Below are positions 26,652 to 35,440 of a DNA stretch of 53,881 bases, piece after piece. Origin of the DNA: Candidatus Woesearchaeota archaeon. Its GTDB lineage: Archaea > Nanobdellota > Nanobdellia > Woesearchaeales > JACJVW01. The DNA is taken from NCBI GenBank assembly GCA_046496745.1, contig JAWOGQ010000093.1, forward strand, positions 1 through 53,881, read 5' to 3'. The first letter of the stretch is position 1, and every line of letters starts with the position of its first letter. The notes under the pieces are model-generated. The model did no database searches. It was not told the origin of the DNA and saw only the letters and a list, made by a program, of their open reading frames with translations. A program made the translations under genes and the position numbers.

Positions 26652-28903
26652 TGGCTTCAAAAACTGGCAATAAGACTGTGAAAAGTACTAAAAAGAGTAC
26701 CAAAAAAGAAAATACTGGGAAGAGCACAAAACCAGGAAATGCCGGGAAGGATATCAAAGGGGAAAAAAGTATAAAAGCAAGTACAGGGAAAACAAAGAAA
26801 GAAATTACCGGAAAGACCAAGGGATCAGGGAAAAAGAGTATAAAAAAATCAAAAAGTACAGGGAAAACAAAGAAAGAGATTGCCGGGAAGAGTAAGGCAT
26901 CAGAGAGTAAAGGGAAAACAAGTGCCACTAAGGATTCTAAGATTTCCAAGAAATCAAAAGGTCCTGCAAACAAGGCACAATTCCAGCCAGAACATTACAA
27001 ATTCACGAACCCTTTTCTCAGTGAGCTATTCAAGCTGCATCAGGAGAAGGAAAAAGTCATACAACAATTCATATACAGCCGTCTTGACAAGAACAAGAAT
27101 AAGCTTCTGGACATATCTGCCAAGCAACTACAGGTGCTTGATCATAAGCTTGGGCTTGTGGATTATGACTGGGACAAGCTGGTCTATACTGACGAGGGGA
27201 AAGATGTCATACTCCAAAGGCTTTTTGGTGAGAAGGAACTTACCGAAGAAAAAAAGAAGCTTATCAACCATATCCTTATCTATCTCAAGACTTACTACCT
27301 TTCTATCAGGGAAGAGGAAGACGATATAAAAAACAGCGACAGTGAGGAACTGCAAAGAAGGCATTCAAAAGAAGAGGCATATCTTCTGAGGCTTAACACT
27401 TTCATCAGCAAACAGGTGGATCTTGATGAAGAAGAGGTTATTGATGAATATGAATTCAAGTCAAAAAATATCCCTGTTACTGCGCGTATTGTGCAGAGGT
27501 ATGAAGATTTCATAAGCATCTATGACGTGAATATTGCAAGCCTCACAAAACAGACAGAGTATTTCCTGGAGAAGATACGAAGGGAACTTATCAATAAGGT
27601 CAAACTTGGTATTGCAGACATAACAGATATCAAAAAGAATGAGCTGGCTGAAAAAAAGTTCTCTGAGACAATAGTTAACCTGATATCAAAATATTTTCCA
27701 GACATGGATGATGAGACACAGAGCTTTCTTACCACTTATCTCATACAAAAGAGCCTTGGATTGGGCAAGATTGAACTATTGATGGGAGATTCCAATATAG
27801 AAGAGATTGCTATAAATTCAGCAAAAGAGCCGATCTGGATCTTCCATAAGAAGCATGGATGGCTAAAGACAACAATAGAGCTTGATAATGAGGAGCAGGT
27901 AAGGCATTATGCGATGACTCTTGGCAGGAAGGTAGGGAGATCATTGTCTGTCCTGGAGCCCCTGCTGGATGCAAGCTTCAACAAGGGAGACAGGGTCAAT
28001 GCAACACTCAACCCCATATCTATAAGGGGGAATACGATCACAATCAGGAAGGCTTCATCCAAACCCTGGACTATCACAGATCTTATACGCTCAAAGACAA
28101 TATCACCGCATACTGCAGCACTTGTATGGCTTGGGATGCAGTATGAACTCTCTGCGATAATCGCAGGAGGGACTGCTTCAGGAAAGACAAGCATGCTAAA
28201 TTCTCTTGCAGGGCTTTTTCCCATAAACCAGAGGATCATATCCATAGAAGACACAAAGGAGATACAGCTGCCGAAATACCTGCACTGGGTGCCAATGCTG
28301 ACACGACCTCCGAATAACGAGAACAAGGGAGCAGTGACAATGCTTGACCTTGTGGTCAATTCACTCAGGCAGAGGCCTGACCGGATCCTTGTGGGAGAGA
28401 TCAGGCGTAAGAAGGAGGCAGAGGTGCTTTTTGAGGCAATGCATACAGGGCATAGTGTCTATGCCACAATCCACGCTAACACTGCTGAGGAGGTCATAAC
28501 CAGGCTTACTAATCCGCCTATCGACCTTCCAAAGACTATGCTCCCTGCGCTTTCAATAATCCTGGTACAGTACAGGAACAGGAGAAGCGGCATGCGAAGG
28601 ACCTTCCAGTTCGCTGAAGTGGGCCCTGATGGAGATGCAAAGGTCCTGCACCAGTATGATGCAAAAAAAGACAATCAGATCGAACTTAACAAATCAAAGA
28701 CATTCTTGAATACAATCCAGCTATTCACAGGGCTTAGTCAGAAAGAGATAATGGAAGACATAAATGATAAGGTGCGTATCCTCAAATGGCTGCAGTACCA
28801 TAATATCAATGATGTCGACAAGGTAGGAAAAGCCATAGGTGAGTATTATACAAACCCGCATAACTTTTTCAGGTACGTGAACCGGAATATACCTTTTGAA
28901 TAG
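26651..28903 (+). CDS. Type II/IV secretion-family (FlaI/PilB/VirB11-like) ATPase with a ~100-aa lysine-rich N-terminal extension
   Basis: Walker A GGTASGKTSMLNSL, Asp box ISIEDTKEIQL, Walker B DRILVGEIRRKKEA and His box HTGHSVYATIHANT. The N-terminal ~100 aa are K/T/S/G repeats (STGKTKKEITGKTKG / STGKTKKEIAGKSKA). Confidence 0.9.
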   Translation: MASKTGNKTVKSTKKSTKKENTGKSTKPGNAGKDIKGEKSIKASTGKTKKEITGKTKGSGKKSIKKSKSTGKTKKEIAGKSKASESKGKTSATKDSKISKKSKGPANKAQFQPEHYKFTNPFLSELFKLHQEKEKVIQQFIYSRLDKNKNKLLDISAKQLQVLDHKLGLVDYDWDKLVYTDEGKDVILQRLFGEKELTEEKKKLINHILIYLKTYYLSIREEEDDIKNSDSEELQRRHSKEEAYLLRLNTFISKQVDLDEEEVIDEYEFKSKNIPVTARIVQRYEDFISIYDVNIASLTKQTEYFLEKIRRELINKVKLGIADITDIKKNELAEKKFSETIVNLISKYFPDMDDETQSFLTTYLIQKSLGLGKIELLMGDSNIEEIAINSAKEPIWIFHKKHGWLKTTIELDNEEQVRHYAMTLGRKVGRSLSVLEPLLDASFNKGDRVNATLNPISIRGNTITIRKASSKPWTITDLIRSKTISPHTAALVWLGMQYELSAIIAGGTASGKTSMLNSLAGLFPINQRIISIEDTKEIQLPKYLHWVPMLTRPPNNENKGAVTMLDLVVNSLRQRPDRILVGEIRRKKEAEVLFEAMHTGHSVYATIHANTAEEVITRLTNPPIDLPKTMLPALSIILVQYRNRRSGMRRTFQFAEVGPDGDAKVLHQYDAKKDNQIELNKSKTFLNTIQLFTGLSQKEIMEDINDKVRILKWLQYHNINDVDKVGKAIGEYYTNPHNFFRYVNRNIPFE
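26765..26900 (+). repeat. ~75-nt tandem duplication inside the lysine-rich N-terminal coding region
   Basis: AGTACAGGGAAAACAAAGAAAGA occurs at 26780 and 26855 (23/23 identical). The flanking sequence is roughly 85% identical over ~43 nt. Confidence 0.7.
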
Positions 28904-28937
28904 AAAATTATAAAAACAAAAAAGAGAGGAAAGGACC

Positions 28938-29318
28938 ATGATAAAACTGAAAGACTGGATGACACGCCGTATCGTGACCTGCAAGGAAACTGACACTCTT
29001 GATAAGGCTGTCAAGAAGATGGTCACAAAGAAGATAGGATGCCTAATCGTGACAGATTCAAAGAAGAATCACGTGGGGATCATAACAGAGAATGATGTCA
29101 TGAAGATTGTTGCAAAGGAGATGTCGCCAAAGAAACTGGAAGTCAAGGATATAATGGTCAGTGATATGATAACCCTTGACATATCATCATCGCTTCTTGA
29201 AGTAAGCAGGACAATGCAAAAACACCATCTGCGAAGGATTCCTATCACAAATGAGGACAAGGTAGTGGGAATCATAACATCACGTGATCTGGTGAAGGTC
29301 ATGTCAGGCGTCAAATGA
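28938..29318 (+). CDS. CBS-domain pair protein
   Basis: 126 aa with two CBS repeats (..MTRRIVTCKETDTLDKAVKKMVTKKIGCLIVTD.. and ..MITLDISSSLLEVSRTMQKHHLRRIPITNEDKVVGIITSRDLVK). Confidence 0.85.
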   Translation: MIKLKDWMTRRIVTCKETDTLDKAVKKMVTKKIGCLIVTDSKKNHVGIITENDVMKIVAKEMSPKKLEVKDIMVSDMITLDISSSLLEVSRTMQKHHLRRIPITNEDKVVGIITSRDLVKVMSGVK

Positions 29319-29368
29319 GTAGATTTAAATAGCAATTTACTTCTTTTTTCTTGAAAGGAGGTGGTAGA

Positions 29369-29953
29369 ATGGATCTTCCTGTAGACATATCCTGGCTGGG
29401 GCATGCCTCATTCAGGATCAAAGGAGAAAAAACAATCTATATAGACCCATATAAGATAGGGAATGAAGAGAAAGCAGACCTTATTCTGATAACCCATGAC
29501 CACTTTGACCATTACAGTGAAGAGGACATAGCAAAGATCTCAGGTCCTGATACAGAGATTATCGGGCCTAAAGGTGGAACAGTTATCGGGCCTAATGAAA
29601 GACTGGAAAGGCAAGGAGTGACAATAGAGACGGTGCCTGCATATAACCTAGACAAGAAGTTCCACCCAAAGGAGAATAACTGGGTAGGCTATATCATAAC
29701 AGTAAATAATACCAGGATTTATCATGCAGGTGATACTGATCGCATACCTGAGATGGAGGGGATCAAGGCAGATATTGTGATGGTTCCGATTGGTGGCACT
29801 TATACTATGGATGCAGAAGAGGCTGCGGAAGCAGTGAACCTGATAAAACCGGAATATGCAATACCCATGCATTATGGAAGCGTGGTCGGAAGAAAAAGCG
29901 ATGCTGATGAGTTTGAGGAATTGTGCGAATGCAAGGTAAAGCGGTTTGACTGA
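29369..29953 (+). CDS. MBL-fold metal-dependent hydrolase (UPF0173-like)
   Basis: ISWLGHASFRIKG.., ITHDHFDH and IPMHYG. AGGAGGTGG lies 5 nt upstream of the ATG at 29369, and GATTTAAATAG lies ~40 nt upstream. Its stop overlaps the next ATG (TGATG). Confidence 0.85.
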   Translation: MDLPVDISWLGHASFRIKGEKTIYIDPYKIGNEEKADLILITHDHFDHYSEEDIAKISGPDTEIIGPKGGTVIGPNERLERQGVTIETVPAYNLDKKFHPKENNWVGYIITVNNTRIYHAGDTDRIPEMEGIKADIVMVPIGGTYTMDAEEAAEAVNLIKPEYAIPMHYGSVVGRKSDADEFEELCECKVKRFD

Positions 29954-32214
29954 TGGAACTAGTTGAAAAAAAGGTCTGTGGATACGAGGTAGAAAGGCAA
30001 GGGGAAGATACGATCCTTCGCATAAACTGCGACGGATGCACCCTTGCGCCCTCGCTTGAAGATAGTCCGGAATGCATGGCGCGGACAATAGACAAACTAA
30101 TCCACATAAAGAACATATCAAAGATCGTATTCTTCCAGAAGAGGGATTATGAATATGATTATTCCCAGACCATGATGCTGATGGATGTTGCAAATCTGTT
30201 CTCCAGGATAGTAAGGCAGGGCCTTCTCAAGAACCAGCCTCCTGGAGATGAGATAAATGACAAGCTTAGCCATCTGCAGCACCTGGTATTCTATACCCTA
30301 AAAAGTGATCCTCTTGCGGCTTACGTGGAGATAAAGAGGCTTTACCGAAGGGAGAAGATGGCATTGCCAGGGATGGACCAACAGCATGCAAGAACCCAGC
30401 AGAAGTTCATAACAATACTGAATTATGTTATAAAGGGGTTTGAGGAAACCAAGCTTATAGCAATAGCCCAGCCTTATCTTTCAGGATATAAGGTGGGAGA
30501 AAGGGATGCATACCGTAAGATATTCTCACCCAGCATAAAGCCGGATTTCATGTACACCAAACTTCTTGCATCTTATCCTACTGAAGGGGATGAGATAGAC
30601 AATTATACTATCAACGGGACAGAGGTTACTATTTTCTCATTAGGCAATGATTCAAGATATCTCTATCACATAATGCCTCCGGAATTCAAGCTTGATGAGG
30701 ATAGATACGAACTTTTGGATACTGCAAGACGTATCCTGGCTGAGCACAAGCCAAAACGTTCTGAGTTCGTGGATCCAGAAAGGATGAGGCAGGTCTTTTC
30801 TAATGTGAGCGCAGACCTTCTGGATGAGCTTGCAGAACAAAGGCAGATAAGGCTTACTGACAAGGAATTTGATGAATTGAGGGAGATACTTGTAAGATAT
30901 ACAGTGGGTTTCGGGCTTATAGAAGTCCTTCTTTCAGATCCAGGTGTGCAGGACATCTCAATCAACAGCCCAATGGGGCGTATACCAATCTTTATCGTCC
31001 ATGGAGAATATGGTGATTGCATGACAAACATCGTGCCCACGCATACTGAGGCGGAGAGCTGGGCATCTAAACTCAGGATGATATCAGGTCGTCCTCTGGA
31101 TGAGGCTAATCCATTACTTGATTCATCCCTTGAATTGCCCCAGGCATCAATCAGGGTCTCCACCATAACAGAGCCTTTGAACCCTTCAGGGCTAGCTTTC
31201 TCATTCAGGAGGCACAGGAGCAAGCCATGGACACTCCCATTATTTATCAGGAACAACATGATCTCACCTCTCGCAGCAGGAGTGCTTTCTTTCCTTATAG
31301 ACGGGACAAGGACCCTGCTTATTGCAGGGACACGTGGGAGCGGGAAAAGTTCGTTCTTGAGCGCTTTGCTCATAGAGATCATGCGAAGATACAGGATCAT
31401 CACAATAGAGGATACGCTGGAACTTCCAACAAAAGCGATGCGTGACCTTGGTTTCAATATCCAGCCAATGAAAGTCGCATCAGCTTTGTCAAGGTCATCA
31501 AGTGAGATGGGAGCGGATGATGGAATAAGGTCAACATTGCGGCTTGGGGATTCTGCACTCATTGTAGGAGAAGTGAGGAGTACTGAGGCAAAGGCATTGT
31601 ACGAGGCAATGAGAGTTGGTGCTGCTGCAAACACGGTAGCAGGAACTATCCACGGTGATTCTCCCTATGGGATCTATGACAGGGTGGTCAATGATATTGG
31701 GGTTCCAAAGACGTCATTCAAAGCAACTGATGTTTGCATAGTCGCAAACCCGGTCAGGTCAGCTGACGGCATTCACAAGTTCAGGAGAATAACTGAGATC
31801 ACTGAGGTGCGAAAGCATTGGGTTGATGATCCGTTTACGGAAGGGGGATTTGTTGATCTACTCAAGTACAATTCCACAAATGATACAGTTGAACCGACAG
31901 CAGACCTTATCAATGGGGACAGCGAGATCATAAAAGCTGTGGCAGGTAACATAAGCGAACTTGCAGGAAACTGGGATGCTGTCTGGGAAAACATAACACT
32001 GCGTGGCAGGATAAAGGAAGAGCAGGTTAAGGCTGCAAAAGAAGCAGAACGTGAGGAGCTCCTAGAGGCTGAGTTCACTATCCGCTGCAACGATCAGTTC
32101 CATGTCCTTTCTGACAGAATCAAACAGGAATCAGGATTCCTTGATTATGAATTGCTCTTTACTGAATGGAAGAACTGGCTTCGCCGTGCAGTCAAGGAGA
32201 TCGAACTCAAATGA
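29953..32214 (+). CDS. Second, divergent secretion-family ATPase with a ~330-aa unique N-terminal region
   Basis: Walker A AGTRGSGKSSFLSAL, Asp box ITIEDTLELP, Walker B ALIVGEVRSTEA and a His-box-like AGTIHGDSP. The N-terminus contains C..x16..CDGC..x11..C. Confidence 0.85.
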   Translation: MELVEKKVCGYEVERQGEDTILRINCDGCTLAPSLEDSPECMARTIDKLIHIKNISKIVFFQKRDYEYDYSQTMMLMDVANLFSRIVRQGLLKNQPPGDEINDKLSHLQHLVFYTLKSDPLAAYVEIKRLYRREKMALPGMDQQHARTQQKFITILNYVIKGFEETKLIAIAQPYLSGYKVGERDAYRKIFSPSIKPDFMYTKLLASYPTEGDEIDNYTINGTEVTIFSLGNDSRYLYHIMPPEFKLDEDRYELLDTARRILAEHKPKRSEFVDPERMRQVFSNVSADLLDELAEQRQIRLTDKEFDELREILVRYTVGFGLIEVLLSDPGVQDISINSPMGRIPIFIVHGEYGDCMTNIVPTHTEAESWASKLRMISGRPLDEANPLLDSSLELPQASIRVSTITEPLNPSGLAFSFRRHRSKPWTLPLFIRNNMISPLAAGVLSFLIDGTRTLLIAGTRGSGKSSFLSALLIEIMRRYRIITIEDTLELPTKAMRDLGFNIQPMKVASALSRSSSEMGADDGIRSTLRLGDSALIVGEVRSTEAKALYEAMRVGAAANTVAGTIHGDSPYGIYDRVVNDIGVPKTSFKATDVCIVANPVRSADGIHKFRRITEITEVRKHWVDDPFTEGGFVDLLKYNSTNDTVEPTADLINGDSEIIKAVAGNISELAGNWDAVWENITLRGRIKEEQVKAAKEAEREELLEAEFTIRCNDQFHVLSDRIKQESGFLDYELLFTEWKNWLRRAVKEIELK

Positions 32215-34391
32215 CAAAGGATGAGAAAAGACTGTCTGCAAAATATCTCGAGAAACTAGATAAATCTCTGAATGACAAGATAATCGAGACAAGCGAGGAT
32301 GAGCAGATAGATGTCCCTGACAGGGTTGAGACCAGGGAATATGAGCAGTTCAAGGATGAGAATCTTCCTTCTTCATTGACCTTATACGAAAAGGCCTGCA
32401 ACCAGGCTGAAAAGATACTTAAGATAAAGCCAAACCCAAAGAAAACAGAAGAGCTCCAGCAAGCGATCAACACATGCCATCTTTCAATAACACCAACAGG
32501 GGCTGTCAGTCTCGGATACCTTATTCCAATGATGATAGTCCTTGTATTAGGTCTTCCCAGCTTCATACTCCTTGAATCATTATTCCTGATGGGTTTTTTC
32601 ACATTCATGGGAATTGCAGCACTGAACCCTTTAGCTAATCTGCCACAGTATTTCGAAAAGAAATGGAGGATGCAGGCAAGCAAGCAGATGGTCATCTCAA
32701 TATTTTATGTCGTAACATACATGCGGCATACATCAAACCTTGAGAAGGCGATCTATTTTGCGGCTGAACACCTGTCCCCTCCTCTTTCTCTTGATTTCAA
32801 ACGTATCCTATGGAATGTGGAGGTTGAAAAGTCAGCAAGCATAAAGGAATCCCTTGATGAATACCTTGAACAATGGCGGGATACTAACATGGAATTTGTA
32901 GAAGCTTTCCACATGATACAATCATCACTCTATGAAGGGTATGAGGAAAGAAGGCTGGAGATGCTTGATAAGAGCCTTGACATAATTCTTGACGGTACAT
33001 ACGAGAGGATGCTGCATTTCGCCCAGAGCCTGAAAGGGCCTATCAATGCGCTGAACATGCTTGGTGTGATACTTCCTATCCTGGGGCTTGTGATCCTGCC
33101 ACTGGTTGTAAGTTTCATGGACGGGGTATACTGGTATCACATAGCAGCGATATATAATGTGGGAATACCTGTTGCAGTTTACCTCTTAGGAAAATCAATC
33201 CTTGTCACAAGACCAGGAGGTTCGGGAGATACTACTTTTAATGTCTCTGCAAAACAAGAGAAGAAGTTTTCTATAGGCGGTTTTGAACTTTCATTTGACG
33301 CCCGAACCTTGGGAATCCTTGTGGGAGTAGTGTTTCTCCTGATTGGACTAACCCCGATCATGATGCATATCATGAATCCTGATTTTGATCTGTCACTCAC
33401 ATTAGACCCGTTGGGTATCCAGCAAGGCAATGTGCAGAATGCGCCATACAAGTTACTGGATTACCAGAAGGACGGGGAGGAACTGATAGGCCCTTTCGGG
33501 CTTGGCGCATCATTACTCAGCGTATGCATACCTCTTGGACTAGGGCTTGGACTTGGGGTATACTTCAAGATGAAGACAGGGAATGTAATCGAGATAAGGA
33601 ACAAGGCCAAAAGGCTTGAGCTTGAATTCTCTTCTGCTCTTTTCCAGCTTGGAAACAGGCTAGGTGATGGTTACCCTGCTGAACTTGTTTTCGGAAAGGT
33701 TGCAGATGTCATGCAGGATACTGTATCGGGAAGATTCTTCTCTGTTGTGAACATGAACATAAAGAAGATGGGGCTTGGTATCTATGATGCAATATTCAAC
33801 CCAAAAAATGGTGCTGCAAACCTATACCCTTCAAACTTAATAGAAAGCTCAATGAAAGTGCTTATACAGAGTATAAGGAAAGGCCCATTGATAGCTGCAC
33901 AGGCAATGTCAAATGTTGCGCGTTATGTGAAAGAGATCCATAAGGTGAATGAAAGACTAAAAGACCTTATGGCAGAGATCGTATCCTCTATGTCATCACA
34001 GGTAAGTTTTCTTACACCTGCAATTTCAGGTATAGTTGTGGGTATTACTTCCATGATCACGAGCATCCTTGGAAGATTGACAACCCAGATGAGCAATATG
34101 GGAGAGATGTCAGGAAGCGGAGCTACAGGAGGACTTCTGGAGATGTTTGGGACCGGGCTTCCGACTTATTATTTCCAGATCATAGTGGGGATATATGTCG
34201 TGCAATTGGCCTATATACTTACGACAATAATGACTGGAATAGATGAGGGAGAGGATGATGTCATACTGAATTATAACTTAGGGAAGAATATGATACACAG
34301 CACTTTGCTGTATTCAGTGATAACATTCATTGTTATGCTGTTGTTCAATATCATAGCTTCTGCAATCCTGGGTTCAACACTAGGGGTGTAG
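32211..34391 (+). CDS. Polytopic FlaJ/TadC/PilC-like platform membrane protein
   Basis: 726 aa from the ATG at 32211, which overlaps the upstream stop (ATGA) and has AAGGAGA 10 nt upstream. It has a cytoplasmic N-terminal region, then two blocks of hydrophobic helices separated by soluble helical domains. Both position and architecture match platform proteins that follow FlaI/PilB-type ATPases. Confidence 0.7.
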   Translation: MTKDEKRLSAKYLEKLDKSLNDKIIETSEDEQIDVPDRVETREYEQFKDENLPSSLTLYEKACNQAEKILKIKPNPKKTEELQQAINTCHLSITPTGAVSLGYLIPMMIVLVLGLPSFILLESLFLMGFFTFMGIAALNPLANLPQYFEKKWRMQASKQMVISIFYVVTYMRHTSNLEKAIYFAAEHLSPPLSLDFKRILWNVEVEKSASIKESLDEYLEQWRDTNMEFVEAFHMIQSSLYEGYEERRLEMLDKSLDIILDGTYERMLHFAQSLKGPINALNMLGVILPILGLVILPLVVSFMDGVYWYHIAAIYNVGIPVAVYLLGKSILVTRPGGSGDTTFNVSAKQEKKFSIGGFELSFDARTLGILVGVVFLLIGLTPIMMHIMNPDFDLSLTLDPLGIQQGNVQNAPYKLLDYQKDGEELIGPFGLGASLLSVCIPLGLGLGLGVYFKMKTGNVIEIRNKAKRLELEFSSALFQLGNRLGDGYPAELVFGKVADVMQDTVSGRFFSVVNMNIKKMGLGIYDAIFNPKNGAANLYPSNLIESSMKVLIQSIRKGPLIAAQAMSNVARYVKEIHKVNERLKDLMAEIVSSMSSQVSFLTPAISGIVVGITSMITSILGRLTTQMSNMGEMSGSGATGGLLEMFGTGLPTYYFQIIVGIYVVQLAYILTTIMTGIDEGEDDVILNYNLGKNMIHSTLLYSVITFIVMLLFNIIASAILGSTLGV

Positions 34392-34557
34392 ATGGAGTTT
34401 TTCGAATAATTTCTTTAGCATCGACTTCGGCTTGAATTCCTTTTTAAAAAGAGGTGACATCCCCGTAAGGGACCTCCCCCTGTCACCTTATATAGAGACA
34501 CTAATCGGCCTTCGTAATAATGATGCTAGTCATTTTTTCGAAAAACTCGTTTAGATG
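34389..34557. repeat. Nested palindromic element (MITE-like element or structured ncRNA) with 12-bp perfect terminal inverted repeats
   Basis: GAGTTTTTCGAA (34395-34406) pairs with TTCGAAAAACTC (34537-34548). The inner pair is TAGCATC (34416-34422) / GATGCTA (34522-34528). The core pair is GAGGTGACA (34451-34459) / TGTCACCTT (34481-34489), enclosing the mini-hairpin TCCC-cgtaa-GGGA. The direct repeat TAGATG occurs at 34389-34394 and 34552-34557. Confidence 0.5.
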
Positions 34558-34615
34558 AAAACATTTATATATGAAATAGACTAAAACAGTCATACGATTA
34601 AAAAAGAGGGTGTAT

Positions 34616-35440
34616 ATGGGGTTATCTGTCGTAAAAACCTATTCTAAAGAGCTTAAAGCTAAGACCTATGAGGTCATAAAGGAACAGGGTGATGACGAAG
34701 TTCAGGATATAGTACTTGCAGTCACGCTATATACAGTCTCCCATAACCTTGATATAAAGGCGTATCTTTTTGATGAGCAATACAAATACCTTGGTTCACC
34801 TTCTGATAAGCTGAAGAAGGTATTGAACTCAACCTTTGATTTCCTATCACAATTACTGAATCACAGAGATTTTTCAGGAGTCATCATCACAGACCTGGAA
34901 GAGGGACTTAAGACAACAGTCCATAATTACCTGTCAGGTAAGCTGGATAATGGAGAACTGAACAAGGAGAATTTCCAGGAGTTTGTGGAATATCTTCAAC
35001 AAGCCTATGATCCGAACATACTTCTTGATGTGCTGAGGCTACGGGTGATTGATGACCAGGAAAAGAGGAATGAGTTCAAGGCATTGCTTGAATACATGAC
35101 TTTTGCTGGAAGGAACTATTTTGAAGAGGATGAGTTCGAGCGAATACAGAGGGCAATAGATTTCCGTCTCAACTTCCTGAAGAATTACTCCGCTGAATAT
35201 TTCAGCAGGAATTTTTTTCTGCTGCAAAACCAGATAAGAATGTTCCCAGAGGAATACCATTCAGTAAAGTACTTCTATCCATACAAGATGTATAAAGACC
35301 TGAAAAACCTCATACTTAGCATTGAAAGAGGAGAGTCACACTCACTGAGCCTGCAGAGTGATGCAAGGGATGTAATACAGAGACAACTTCGTCTCATAAA
35401 GCAGAATGAAAAAAAATTGAATGAATTAAAAGGAGAATGA
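34616..35440 (+). CDS. Hypothetical protein (predicted all-helical, no recognisable motif)
   Basis: 274 aa from the ATG at 34616, with GAGGGTG 4-5 nt upstream and CATTTATATATG ~45 nt upstream. Confidence 0.6.
   Translation: MGLSVVKTYSKELKAKTYEVIKEQGDDEVQDIVLAVTLYTVSHNLDIKAYLFDEQYKYLGSPSDKLKKVLNSTFDFLSQLLNHRDFSGVIITDLEEGLKTTVHNYLSGKLDNGELNKENFQEFVEYLQQAYDPNILLDVLRLRVIDDQEKRNEFKALLEYMTFAGRNYFEEDEFERIQRAIDFRLNFLKNYSAEYFSRNFFLLQNQIRMFPEEYHSVKYFYPYKMYKDLKNLILSIERGESHSLSLQSDARDVIQRQLRLIKQNEKKLNELKGE

Noticed and set aside
26548-26973. 141-aa minus-strand ORF opposite the lysine-rich ATPase N-terminus
   Set aside because: It is an F/P/L-rich shadow of AAA/AAG repeats, with no start signals.
30666-31634. 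322-aa minus-strand ORF inside ATPase 2 (also 29648-30193 and 29805-30116)
   Set aside because: The plus strand carries unmistakable Walker A, Asp box and Walker B motifs. The antisense products are Ser-rich with no motifs.
34516-34560. AAUGAUGC read as a C box of a C/D box sRNA
   Set aside because: The last C-box position is wrong. No CUGA D box lies at the expected distance on that strand, and there are no terminal pairing or guide-like features.
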